A DNA stretch of 32,000 bases from Phycisphaera mikurensis NBRC 102666 (GCF_000284115.1 NC_017080.1:1230001-1262000), one strand, 5' to 3'. Shown: positions 8,333-16,949, counted from the first letter of the stretch. The notes: a model not told the origin generated them from the sequence alone. Numbers and translations are program-made.

Positions 8333-9217
8333 ATGAGCCCCCTGACCAAAGCGTTCGTTGTCCTGGTGACCCTTCTGTCGATCCTCCTGGTCACCCTGGT
8401 GGTTCCCTTCGTCGCCGGCGTCAGCGACCTGCAGCAGGAGCTGACCATCGAGCAGCAGAAGAGCCGCTCGGCGGAGGTCACCGCCTCGAACCTCAGCGAC
8501 CGGCTGGTGGCGGCGGAGTCGGCGCAGGCCGGCCTGCAGCAGAGCCTCAACGAGACGATCTCCGACCTGGAGAGCCGCAACGCCGAGGTCGCCGCCGAGC
8601 GGAACGACCTGCGTGCGCGGCTGGCCGCGGCCCAGACCGGCCAGCAGGAGATGCAGGCCACGCTGGCCGCGCTCTCGGAGAACGACCGGACCAAGACGCA
8701 GCTGCTGGACACCTACGCCGGCAAGCTGGAGGAAGCCCAGCAGTCGCTGGTGGAGCAGAGCCGCCGCAACGCGGAGCTCACCGACCGCACCAACGAGCTC
8801 AGCAACGAGCGCACGCAGCTGACCCGGAGCGTCCAGCGGCTCAAGGAGCGGAGCACCGAGCTCAGCGAGCAGCTCGCGGCCGCCAGCTCCGCCCTGGCTT
8901 CCGCCGGCGTCGAGGTGCCCGAGGCCGCGGCCTCGGGCCTGGCCGCGGCTCCGGTGCCCGCCGGCGAGCGGATCTTCGGCCAGGTGACCGGCATCGAGGA
9001 CGCCACCGGCGGCCGGGTGCTGGTGCAGATGAACATCGGTGCCAGCGACGGCGTCCGCAACGGCCAGCGCTTCGTCGCCTTCCGTGGCGACGACCAGCTC
9101 GTGGGCACCCTCGAGGTCCGCAGCGTGGACGACACGGTCTCGGTCGCCAGCGTCGTCAGCCAGCAGCAGCCGCTGCGGCCCAGCGACAGCATCGTCTCCG
9201 CCGACGGCATCTTCTAA
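8333..9217 (+). CDS. Membrane-anchored coiled-coil protein with a small C-terminal beta-rich domain
   Basis: An N-terminal TM (AFVVLVTLLSILLVTLVVPFVAGV), about 170 aa of Q/E/L/R-rich heptad-like sequence, and a C-terminal GRVLVQMNIGASDGVRNGQRFVAF...LEVRSV domain. No family named. Confidence 0.7.
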   Translation: MSPLTKAFVVLVTLLSILLVTLVVPFVAGVSDLQQELTIEQQKSRSAEVTASNLSDRLVAAESAQAGLQQSLNETISDLESRNAEVAAERNDLRARLAAAQTGQQEMQATLAALSENDRTKTQLLDTYAGKLEEAQQSLVEQSRRNAELTDRTNELSNERTQLTRSVQRLKERSTELSEQLAAASSALASAGVEVPEAAASGLAAAPVPAGERIFGQVTGIEDATGGRVLVQMNIGASDGVRNGQRFVAFRGDDQLVGTLEVRSVDDTVSVASVVSQQQPLRPSDSIVSADGIF

Positions 9218-9271
9218 GCCGGCGCGAACCGCCGCCCCCCACCCGCAACCCAACCCGCCGCGAAGCTCCTC

Positions 9272-9400
9272 ATGGGCAACAACAACATCTACACCGCGCT
9301 GGCCTTCTCCGCCTTCCTGGTGCTGCTCTTCGGCGTCGGCTACGTGTACCTGCAGTTCCACTCGCTGACGAACAGCTGGAACCCCTTCGTGTCGATGTGA
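9272..9400 (+). CDS. 42-aa single-TM protein (absent from the ORF track, below its length cutoff)
   Basis: MGNNNIYTALAFSAFLVLLFGVGYVYLQFHSLTNSWNPFVSM. Every codon ends in G or C. The stop overlaps a candidate GTG start of the next gene (ATGTGA at 9395-9400). Confidence 0.5.
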   Translation: MGNNNIYTALAFSAFLVLLFGVGYVYLQFHSLTNSWNPFVSM

Positions 9401-9471
9401 GTTCCGGCGGCCCCGAGACGAGGGTGGAGACGGGGGTGGAAGCGGGGTTGGGGTCGGAGACGGGGACGGGG

Positions 9472-10488
9472 ATGGAGGCGGCGGCGGAGGCGGGTGGACA
9501 AGCGGGGCCGGGCACGCATGCCGGAGGGGCGGCCCAGGCCGGTCCGCTCACGCGTTTGCGCGAGGCCGGCTTCCCGGAGGCCTGGATCCAGCGGCTCCCC
9601 GGGCTCGTGCCCGCAGAGCGGCTCCAAGCGGCGGCGGAGCACTTCCTGGCGCCGCGCCCCGTCGCCCTCCGCGTCAACACGCTCCGCTTGGAGCCGCGGA
9701 CCGCGGCCGCGGCGCTCGCGCGGGACGGCCTGCCGGCCGAACCGGTGGCGTGGTCCGCGGCGGCGTTCACGGTGGATCCGCGGCGGCGGGCGTTGCTGGT
9801 CCGTCACCCGCTCGTGGAGCAAGGCGACGTCTACCCCCAGGGGCTCGCGTCGCAGCTGGCCGCTTTCGTGCTGGATCCGCGGCCGGGCGAGGCGGTGCTG
9901 GACCTGTGCGCCGCGCCCGGGGGCAAGACGCTCGACCTCGCCGCCCGGCTGGGGCCCGGTGCCGACCTGGCCGCCGTGGAGGCGAGCAAGCCGCGGTTCT
10001 TCCGCCTGAGGGCGAACCTCGAGCGGGCGGGGGCGGGCTCCGTGCGCACCTACCTGCACGACGGCCGCCGGACCGGGGACAAGGTGCCCGGCCGCTTCGA
10101 CGCCGTGCTGCTCGACGCGCCCTGCTCCGGCGACACCCGGCTGCGGGGAGGAGACGATCCCTCCGCGTGGTCGGTGTCGAAGGCGAGGCGGCTGGGCAGG
10201 AAGCAGCGTGACCTGCTCGCCTCGGCGATCCGCTGCACGCGGCCGGGCGGGCGCGTCCTCTACGCGACCTGCTCGATGTGCCCCGAGGAGAACGAGGCCG
10301 TGATCGACGCCGCGCTGAGGGGGGGTGCCGTGGCGGCGGAGCCGGTGGAGCTGCCGGCCGGTCTGGCGATCCCGGGGCTGGGCGCTTGGCGGAGCGAGAC
10401 CTTCGACGCCGGCGTCACCCGCGCCCGCCGGGTGCTGCCGGCGGGGCCGCACGAGGGCTTCTTCTTGGCGCTGCTCCGCGTGCGCTGA
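9472..10488 (+). CDS. SAM-dependent RNA m5C methyltransferase (RsmB/RsmF, NOL1/NOP2/Sun family)
   Basis: VLDLCAAPGGKT SAM motif, DAVLLDAPCSG and LYATCS catalytic-Cys motifs. ATG 9472 is annotated; GTG 9397 is an alternative that would add a Gly/Glu/Thr-rich leader. Confidence 0.85.
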   Translation: MEAAAEAGGQAGPGTHAGGAAQAGPLTRLREAGFPEAWIQRLPGLVPAERLQAAAEHFLAPRPVALRVNTLRLEPRTAAAALARDGLPAEPVAWSAAAFTVDPRRRALLVRHPLVEQGDVYPQGLASQLAAFVLDPRPGEAVLDLCAAPGGKTLDLAARLGPGADLAAVEASKPRFFRLRANLERAGAGSVRTYLHDGRRTGDKVPGRFDAVLLDAPCSGDTRLRGGDDPSAWSVSKARRLGRKQRDLLASAIRCTRPGGRVLYATCSMCPEENEAVIDAALRGGAVAAEPVELPAGLAIPGLGAWRSETFDAGVTRARRVLPAGPHEGFFLALLRVR

Positions 10489-10521
10489 AGGCGGCCGCAG
10501 CGGGGGCGGAGGCGGTGCGGC

Positions 10522-11376
10522 TCACCCGCCGCGGCGGAAGTCCGCGACGACCTCGGCCAGCCGCTTCCCGGTGGAGGTCCGCACGCTCGCGGCGACCGCG
10601 TCGGCGTCGGCTTCCACCCGGGGCGAGCCCCCGGCGGTGGCCACGACGAAGGTGCCGGCCGTCTGCCCCGGGGCCGCGAGAGCGAGCTGCTCGAGGGCCG
10701 GCCAGAGGTTCGGGACGCTGAAGACCGCGATGGCGTCGGGCGATGCGTCGGCGGGCAGCGGCACCGGGATCAGGCTGGCGTGGACGCGGAGGAAGCGTGC
10801 CTGCTGCTCCAGCGGGAGGGCGGCGAAGCCGGCCGGCAGCTCGGCCGCCGGCCCGCTGGGCGTGAGGAACACCGCGGGATCGGGGAGGTGCCCGCCCGCG
10901 AGCAGGGCGGCCGGGTCGGTCACCCGGGCCGCGCCGGGGCCGGCGTCGTCGGTGGCCCGCTGGATCGCTTCGGCCAGGGCGCGGGCCTGCTGCGTGGCTT
11001 CGGCCTGCTGCACCGCCGAGCGGGTGATCTCGACCACCGGCCCCACCATGGCCACCCCGATCGCGACCGCCAGCAGCGTCGTGATGGAGCCCAGCACGAC
11101 GCCCGCGACGGCGAGGCCCCGCCCGCCGGCCCGCTGGCCCGGGCGGCCGACGCGGAAGAGCGCCACCACCCCCAGCACGACGGCGACAACCCCGATCGGC
11201 ACGCCCACGAGGAAGCAGGCGGTCACGAGCCCGACGATCCCCAGCGCCAGCGACGCGATCGCGAGGCGGGAGGTGCCCGGCCGCGTCGCCTCCCGCTCCG
11301 CGTGCTCGGAGCGGTCGAAGCGGTCATCGAGGCCGCGTCGGCTGAGGAACTCTTCGTCTCGTCGGTCCATCGTCAT
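10522..11376 (-). CDS. DUF4190-type membrane protein
   Basis: LAIASLALGIVGLVTACFLVGVPIGVVAVVLGVVALFRV, a two-TM DUF4190-like hairpin, followed by an Ala/Pro-rich soluble region. Confidence 0.65.
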   Translation of the reverse strand: MTMDRRDEEFLSRRGLDDRFDRSEHAEREATRPGTSRLAIASLALGIVGLVTACFLVGVPIGVVAVVLGVVALFRVGRPGQRAGGRGLAVAGVVLGSITTLLAVAIGVAMVGPVVEITRSAVQQAEATQQARALAEAIQRATDDAGPGAARVTDPAALLAGGHLPDPAVFLTPSGPAAELPAGFAALPLEQQARFLRVHASLIPVPLPADASPDAIAVFSVPNLWPALEQLALAAPGQTAGTFVVATAGGSPRVEADADAVAASVRTSTGKRLAEVVADFRRGG

Positions 11377-11396
11377 GCTCCGGTTGTACCCGGGAA

Positions 11397-11430
11397 CGCG
11401 CCTCCGGCCGGGCCCGAGGCCGGAGGCGCG
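11397..11430 (-). other. Intercistronic 13-bp GC hairpin between the DUF3465 and DUF4190 genes
   Basis: CGCGCCTCCGGCC (11397-11409) pairs perfectly with 11418-11430 around an 8-nt loop. A separate palindrome GAGACC-g-GGTCTC lies at 11441-11453. Confidence 0.5.
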
Positions 11431-11463
11431 GCCCCACCCGAGACCGGGTCTCGCGCCGCGCGT

Positions 11464-12069
11464 TCACTCGTACCGCTTGCCCCGGTGGTCGATCCAGCCG
11501 TCGGGGTGCCAGCCCCTGGGGTCCAGGTGCGTCCAGTGCAACGCCCCGCCGAGCTCGTTGCTCTCGAAGTCTCCGGCGAAGCCGAGCCGGTCGCCCTCCT
11601 GCGCCGGCACCCGCTCCGCGAGGTCGATGTTGTGCGAGACCTTGATGACGTGGCCGTCGGAGAGCTTCACGAGGAAGCGCTGGTGCCGCGAGCCGTCGAG
11701 GTCGTCGGGCAGGCAGCGGAAGACGACCCCGTCGCCCCGGGTCCAGTGCCCCTCGGCCCCGGCCCGCTGCAGGGCCGTGAGCGGGTCCTCGCCGCGGCGG
11801 GGCTTCACCCGCTTGGGTGGGGCGGTGCGGCCCTCCCGCCTCCCCGCCTTCTGCCGCTCCTTCGCCCGCTTCATCGCGGGCGACGGCCCCCGCGGCCCCG
11901 GCCGCATGTTGCCGCGGCCCGCCGGGCGGGCGGGGGCGCGGCCCGTGCCGCCGCTGCGTTTGCGGAAGACCGCCCTCAGCAGCTTGAGCACCGGCGGGAG
12001 CAGCGTCAACAGGGTCCGCCCCCAGCCCGCTGCCCCGGTCTTCCTCGCGTCCCGCTTCGGCTTCGCCAT
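11464..12069 (-). CDS. DUF3465-family protein with a long basic N-terminal extension
   Basis: The C-terminal HQRFLVKLSDGHVIKVSHNIDLAERVPAQEGDRLGFAGDFESNELGGALHWTHLDPRGWHPDGW matches the DUF3465 pattern as I recall it. The N-terminal ~110 aa are Arg/Lys/Pro/Gly-rich. Confidence 0.7.
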   Translation of the reverse strand: MAKPKRDARKTGAAGWGRTLLTLLPPVLKLLRAVFRKRSGGTGRAPARPAGRGNMRPGPRGPSPAMKRAKERQKAGRREGRTAPPKRVKPRRGEDPLTALQRAGAEGHWTRGDGVVFRCLPDDLDGSRHQRFLVKLSDGHVIKVSHNIDLAERVPAQEGDRLGFAGDFESNELGGALHWTHLDPRGWHPDGWIDHRGKRYE

Positions 12070-12081
12070 CGGGCGAACCTA

Positions 12082-12276
12082 TCAGCGGGACGGATCCGGC
12101 GGCGTCGGCACCCGCTGCTCGGCCGAGCCCGCGGGCGCCCCCGGCGTCGCCGGGGCGCTCCCTCCGATCACGCCCCCAAGCCGGAGCAACGCCAAGACGA
12201 GCCCGAAGCTCAGCGCGATCACCACGGCCGCGGTGCGGGCTCGCCGGGATCCCGCAGCCGAGGGCGTCATCTTCAC
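12082..12276 (-). CDS. Small hypothetical membrane-anchored protein
   Basis: One TM (AAVVIALSFGLVLALLRLGGVIGG). The stop lies 12 nt upstream of the DUF3465 start. The start could be GTG 12276 or ATG 12270. No homology recognised. Confidence 0.35.
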   Translation of the reverse strand: MKMTPSAAGSRRARTAAVVIALSFGLVLALLRLGGVIGGSAPATPGAPAGSAEQRVPTPPDPSR

Positions 12277-12405
12277 GCGGCGAGCTTATCCCCGCACCCG
12301 TTGCCCGGACCCATTGCCCGGACTCCGTGAACCGCCCGCCGCTCCACCCGGACCCGGGGACGCGGCCGGGCTTGCGGGGCGGAGGCGCCGTGGCCGGCAG
12401 CGGCC

Positions 12406-14040
12406 TCAGCGGGCGAAGTCGACGGTCCGCATCTCGCGCATCACCGTGATCTTGATCTCGCCGGGGAAGCTCATCTCGTCGCTGACCCGCTGCGCGATCG
12501 AGCGGGCCATGACGTGGCACCCCGCGTCGTCGATGCCGTGCGGGTCGACGATGACGCGGACCTCCCGGCCGGCCTGGATGGCGTAGGCCTCCCGGACCCC
12601 CCGGGTCCGCCGCGCGATGCCCTCGAGCTCGCGCAGCCGCTTGACGTACTTCTCCATCGTCTCGCGGCGGGCGCCGGGCCGGGCGCCCGAAATCGCGTCC
12701 GCCGCCATCACCACCGGCGTGTAAGGCGTCGTCGCGATCACGTCGTTGTGGTGGCCCTCGACGGCGTTCAGCACCGCCTCGGACCTCTCCCCGTGCTTGC
12801 GCAGAAAGTCGGCACCGATGCGGGGGTGGCCGCCCTCCACGTCGTGGTCCATGGCCTTGCCCAGGTCGTGCAGGAAGCCGCAGCGGCGGGCGAGGGCCCC
12901 GTCGAGCCCCAGCTCGTCCGCGATGACCTGGCACAGGAAGGCGACCTCCACCGAGTGGCGGAGGATGTTCTGCCCGTAGCTCGTGCGGTAGTGCATCCGG
13001 CCCATCGCCTCGATCACCCTGGGGTGCAGGCCGGGCAGGTGGACCTCGTTGGCGGCGTCCCGGCCGAACTTCTGGATCCGCTCGGTGAAGTCCTCGCTGA
13101 CCTTCTCCACGACCTCCTCGATGCGGGCGGGGTGGATGCGGCCGTCCTTGAGCAGGATCGTGAGCGCCTCGGTGGCCGTCGCCCTGCGGACCGGGTCGAA
13201 GCAGGACACCGTGATGATGCCCGGCGTGTCGTCCACCACGACGTCCACGCCCATCGCGGCTTCGAAGGCGCGGATGTTGCGGCCCTCGCGGCCGATGACG
13301 CGCCCCTTCATCGCGTCGTCCTCGATCTTGACCGTGTTCGACGTGCTCTCGGCGGAGTGCTCGCTGGCGTACCGCTGAATCGCTTCGAGGGTGATCCGCA
13401 TCGCCTCCTGCTTGGCGTCGGCCGCCGCCCGCTCCTGCGAAGCCTTCACGATGGCGGCGGCTTCCTCCTGGCAGGCGTTGGTCAGCGCCGTCAGCGCCTC
13501 GCGCTTGGCCTCCTCCTCGCTCATGCGGGCGGCTCGGAGCAGCGTCTCGCGGTGCTCCTTGTCGAACGCCGCCCGCTCGGCGGCCAGCTCGCGCTCGCAC
13601 CCGTTGATGCGGTCCTCCCGCTTGGCCAGCGCCGCCTTGAGCCGCTCGTGGCGCTCGTCCTGCTCCCCCATCGCCCGCTCCCGGGCGGCGAGGGTGGCCA
13701 GCTTCGTGTCGAGCAGGTCCTCCCGCTTGGTCAGCCGCCGCTGCGACTCGACGAGCTTGTCGCGGTCGCCCTGCAGCTCCTTCTCCAGGCCCTCCCGCCG
13801 CTCGGCGACCGCGTTCCGGGCGTCGAGCTCGATCTGCTTGGCGCGGATGCGGCCTTCCTGCTCGGCGGCCGCGAGCTTGGTCTCGATCTCCCGCCGCGTG
13901 GCCGCGAGGCTGCGGGCGCCGGACTGCCGGCTGACCACGTAGCCGAGGATGAGGCCGCCGGCGAGCGCGAACAGCACGAGCCAGAGGTTCTGCGGCTCGC
14001 TGAGGACCGCCAGCGAGGGCGTGAGGGGGTCGGTGTTCAT
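12406..14040 (-). CDS. rny: Ribonuclease Y
   Basis: N-terminal TM, coiled-coil region, KH domain (GRVIGREGRNIRAFEAAMGVDVVVDD) and HD domain (RHSVEVAFLCQ...FLHDLGKA...VEGHHND). ATG at 14040 is preferred over the longer track ORF. Confidence 0.92.
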   Translation of the reverse strand: MNTDPLTPSLAVLSEPQNLWLVLFALAGGLILGYVVSRQSGARSLAATRREIETKLAAAEQEGRIRAKQIELDARNAVAERREGLEKELQGDRDKLVESQRRLTKREDLLDTKLATLAARERAMGEQDERHERLKAALAKREDRINGCERELAAERAAFDKEHRETLLRAARMSEEEAKREALTALTNACQEEAAAIVKASQERAAADAKQEAMRITLEAIQRYASEHSAESTSNTVKIEDDAMKGRVIGREGRNIRAFEAAMGVDVVVDDTPGIITVSCFDPVRRATATEALTILLKDGRIHPARIEEVVEKVSEDFTERIQKFGRDAANEVHLPGLHPRVIEAMGRMHYRTSYGQNILRHSVEVAFLCQVIADELGLDGALARRCGFLHDLGKAMDHDVEGGHPRIGADFLRKHGERSEAVLNAVEGHHNDVIATTPYTPVVMAADAISGARPGARRETMEKYVKRLRELEGIARRTRGVREAYAIQAGREVRVIVDPHGIDDAGCHVMARSIAQRVSDEMSFPGEIKITVMREMRTVDFAR

Positions 14041-14096
14041 GGTTCCCTTGGGTTTTGCGGGGCCGCGGCGTTCGCACGCGGCCCCACGGGGGAACC
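14041..14096 (-). promoter_or_regulatory. Structured rny leader: a 9-bp hairpin enclosed by a 7-bp stem that pairs the AAGGGAACC segment abutting the AUG
   Basis: The minus-strand RNA is GGUUCCC-ccgu-GGGGCCGCG-ugcgaacgc-CGCGGCCCC-gcaaaacccaa-GGGAACC-AUG. Both stems are perfectly complementary. Confidence 0.4.
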
Positions 14097-14342
14097 TTTT
14101 GTTGGAAAAACCGGCTGAGCCCCGCCGGTCGGGAACCGACGGGGTCACGCGGGACGCGTTCCGGGTGTTCGCGGGGAGGGGGGAAGCCTGCGGGCGGAAG
14201 AACCTCGGAGCGGGCGGAAGCCGCCGGGTGACACTCCGCGGCGGGGCGGCCGTGGCGTCGTGACGCCGGCCGTGTCAACAAAAGGTGGGAGCGTCGGGTC
14301 GGCCGCGACGGGCCGGCAACGCGGATCTTGGGGTGGAAGAAG

Positions 14343-14359
14343 GGGGGCCGGCGGCCCCC
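14343..14359 (-). terminator. Hairpin downstream of the kinase/zinc-ribbon gene pair
   Basis: GGGGGCC-ggc-GGCCCCC. On the minus strand it is followed by CTTCTTCC (pyrimidine-rich, not a clean U-tract). Confidence 0.35.
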
Positions 14360-14396
14360 GCCTCGGCCGGGATCGTATGCCGGCCCGCGGGGGGGC

Positions 14397-15164
14397 TCAA
14401 CCCGAGGCGGCGGACGCGTCGCCGCAGCCCCCGGGGCCGGTCGCCGGCGGGGGTCGCCTAGGGGTCGCGGGCCGGCCGGCGGCTCCGCGGGTGTTGGCGA
14501 AGCGGACCGCCCGCACGCCGCGGTAGACCAGCGACTCGAAGGGAAGAACGACCAGCAGCGCCGCGAGGATCAGCGCCGCGGGCCCGAGCGTCACGCCCAG
14601 CAGCGGGTCGCCGGTGATCCGGGCGAGGGTGCGGCCGAGCCCGCCGTTCTGCGCCACCCGCCCGACGGCAAGGGCGATGACGACGCCGGGCAGCCAGCCG
14701 GGCGCGGCGTAGCAGGCCACCTTCTCCGCAAGCGCGAGCGGCACGCGCCAGCCGCGCACGCGGCTGAAGAGGGCCACGCCGAGCACCTCCAGGTACGTCA
14801 GCGCCACCACCGCCTGCGCCGCGACCATGCCGTGGCCCCACGCCAGAACCGGCGGCCGCCCGAACCAGAGCTTCTCGGTGAGCGACCAGACGCAGCCGAT
14901 GGCCGTCGCGTTGGCCAGCAGGTACAGCCGGGGCGGCAGCCCGGCGGCGGCGGGGTCGAGCCGCGCGTAGAAACCGCGGGGCCCCCGCAGCAACCCCCCG
15001 GCCGTTTGGAGGAAGGTGGACGCCGCCATGCGCCGCGCCCACGGCGGGCCGGTGCGGGCGGCGCCGTCCGAGGCCGCGGCGTCGAGCCCGCACTCGGGGC
15101 AGGCGACCGGACGCGGCGAGCGTCGGTCCGACGCGAGCGTGTACCCGCATGCCTCGCACAGCAC
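14397..15164 (-). CDS. Zinc-ribbon plus polytopic membrane protein
   Basis: N-terminal CEACGYx13CPECG ribbon followed by about 5 hydrophobic helices. GTG 15164 lies 33 nt downstream of the kinase stop. The upstream part of the 803-aa track ORF is antisense-type Arg/Pro/Gly sequence. Confidence 0.65.
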   Translation of the reverse strand: MLCEACGYTLASDRRSPRPVACPECGLDAAASDGAARTGPPWARRMAASTFLQTAGGLLRGPRGFYARLDPAAAGLPPRLYLLANATAIGCVWSLTEKLWFGRPPVLAWGHGMVAAQAVVALTYLEVLGVALFSRVRGWRVPLALAEKVACYAAPGWLPGVVIALAVGRVAQNGGLGRTLARITGDPLLGVTLGPAALILAALLVVLPFESLVYRGVRAVRFANTRGAAGRPATPRRPPPATGPGGCGDASAASG

Positions 15165-15196
15165 CGCTGCGGGTGGGGGAACCGGCCGCACCGCCC

Positions 15197-16861
15197 TCAG
15201 CGCCTCCCGCTTGGGCGGTTCCGGGGCAGCGTCAGCAGGAAGGTCGCGCCGGGCCCGGGGCCGTCCCGCGTGGTAAGCGTCCGCCGCGGACCGCCGTCGC
15301 TTCGGGGGGTTTCGGCCGACGGTCCGCGGCTCTGCACGTGGATCGTCCCGCCGAGCAGCTCCGCCAGCTCCCGCGAGATCGTCAGGCCCAGGCCGGTGCC
15401 GCCGTGGGCGCGGGTGACGCTGGTTTCGAGCTGGATGAACTTCTCGAAGATGCGCTCCTGGTCCTCGGGGGCGACGCCGGGCCCCTGGTCGCTCACGCGG
15501 AAGAGCAGCCGCCCCGTCGCGTCCTCCTCCCCCACGCCCAGGGTCACCACGCCGCCGGGCGGGCTGAACTTCACGGCGTTGGCGAGCAGGTTGAAGAGGA
15601 TCTGCTGCAGCTTGCCCGCGTCGGTGGTCAGCGTGGGCAGGCCGGGCTCCAGCCGCACCTTGACGGCGACGTTCTTCTTCTCCGCGAGCGGCCGGATGAG
15701 CGCGGCCAGGCCTTCGCAGGTGTCGCGGAGCGAGACCGGGGCGAGGCGGACCTCCAGCCGGCCGGCCTCGATCTTCGCGAGGTCCAGCAGGTCGTTGATG
15801 AGCTCGAGCAGCCGCTTGCTGGAGAGGATGATGTTGCCCGCGTACCGCTGGCGCTTCTCGGCCTGGGCCGCGGAGTCGTTCCGCGGCCGCTCCGCCTCCT
15901 CGGCGTCGAGGCTGCTCTGCAGCACCTCGGCGAAGCCGATGATCGAGTTCAGCGGCGTCCGCAGCTCGTGGCTCACGTTCGCGAGGAACTCGTTCTTCAT
16001 CTTGTTCGCCTCGTAGAGCGTGACGTTGCTCTCGGCGAGCTCGACGAGCTTGAGGTCCAGCGACTTGTTGACCCGGAACAGCTGGTCCTGCTTGTTCTTG
16101 AGCCCGTCGAGCATCTGGTTGAACACGTCGGAGAGCTGCTCGAACTCGTCGCCGGTGTTGATGTCGCTCCGCAGCGAGAGGTCGCCGTTGGCCACGCGGA
16201 GCGCATAGCCCCGCAGCACCCGCACCGGCGAGAGCACCAGCCGCGTGGTCACGAACCAGAAGGTGGTGATCGCCAGCAGGCCCGCGAGCAGGCCGGCGGC
16301 GACGATGTACACGCGGTTGCGGAGCAGCTGGGCCGCGACCTCGGAGTCGCGGATCTCCACAAGCAGGACGGCGGCGAGCGGGGCGGGGGGCTCGGCCGCT
16401 TCGGGATCGCCGGGATCGCCGGGATCGTCCGCGGGCGGGACGCCGCGGATCGCGCGGGCGTAGCGGTAGAAGCGGGTGCCGTCCGCGTCCTCCGCGGCCT
16501 CGCCGAGCTCGACGGCGGCGGGGTCGGCGCGGAAACGCTCGGCGGCGGCCGCGAGGAAGGGGTTGGTGTCCGAGAGTCCGTCGACCTCCGCGTCGTCCAC
16601 CCGGCCGAGCACGAGCCCGGCGGCCTCCCCGGTCGCCCCGGGCCCCGGCGGGGCGGCCAGGTCGATCCGGCCGTCGAGGTACAGCCCCGCGAGGTCGCGC
16701 GAGCGGCGGAGCGGGCCCTCGGTCACCAGCGCCTGCATGCGCAGCCCGACGACCAGCAGCGCCGCGGTGAGGATCAGCAGCACCGCAAGCCCGAACAGCA
16801 GCTGGCACTTCGCGGCGAGCGAGAGGCGGATCGTCGGGAGGTTGGGGAGGCTCGGAGGCAC
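15197..16861 (-). CDS. Sensor histidine kinase (2 TM, HAMP, HisKA, HATPase_c)
   Basis: H-box VSHELRTPLNSI, N-box LLANAVKFSP, G1 DQGPGV and G2 GGTGLGL. GTG start at 16861. No response regulator gene is present in the window. Confidence 0.9.
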   Translation of the reverse strand: MPPSLPNLPTIRLSLAAKCQLLFGLAVLLILTAALLVVGLRMQALVTEGPLRRSRDLAGLYLDGRIDLAAPPGPGATGEAAGLVLGRVDDAEVDGLSDTNPFLAAAAERFRADPAAVELGEAAEDADGTRFYRYARAIRGVPPADDPGDPGDPEAAEPPAPLAAVLLVEIRDSEVAAQLLRNRVYIVAAGLLAGLLAITTFWFVTTRLVLSPVRVLRGYALRVANGDLSLRSDINTGDEFEQLSDVFNQMLDGLKNKQDQLFRVNKSLDLKLVELAESNVTLYEANKMKNEFLANVSHELRTPLNSIIGFAEVLQSSLDAEEAERPRNDSAAQAEKRQRYAGNIILSSKRLLELINDLLDLAKIEAGRLEVRLAPVSLRDTCEGLAALIRPLAEKKNVAVKVRLEPGLPTLTTDAGKLQQILFNLLANAVKFSPPGGVVTLGVGEEDATGRLLFRVSDQGPGVAPEDQERIFEKFIQLETSVTRAHGGTGLGLTISRELAELLGGTIHVQSRGPSAETPRSDGGPRRTLTTRDGPGPGATFLLTLPRNRPSGRR

Positions 16862-16882
16862 GGGCCTGGAGGATGACAGGGA

Positions 16883-16915
16883 GCGAGCGGCTGCGCCGCG
16901 GCAGGGAAGCAGAAG
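16883..16915 (+). repeat. Truncated copy (A) of the hairpin plus purine-run module, in the kinase leader
   Basis: GCGAGCGGCTGCGCCGCGGCA is identical to 17981-18001 and is followed by GGGAAGCAGAAGG. The hairpin core GCGGC-tgc-GCCGC lies at 16887-16899. Confidence 0.7.
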
Positions 16916-16949
16916 GGCAGGCCAGCGAGCCGGAAGACCGACGGGGCCG

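Noticed and set aside
16402-16428. In-frame tandem 9-mer (CGGGATCGC x3) inside the kinase sensor region, encoding DPGDPGDP.
   Set aside because: It is real in the sequence, but short, in frame and within a low-complexity linker. It is most likely a neutral slippage-prone repeat, not evidence of a system.
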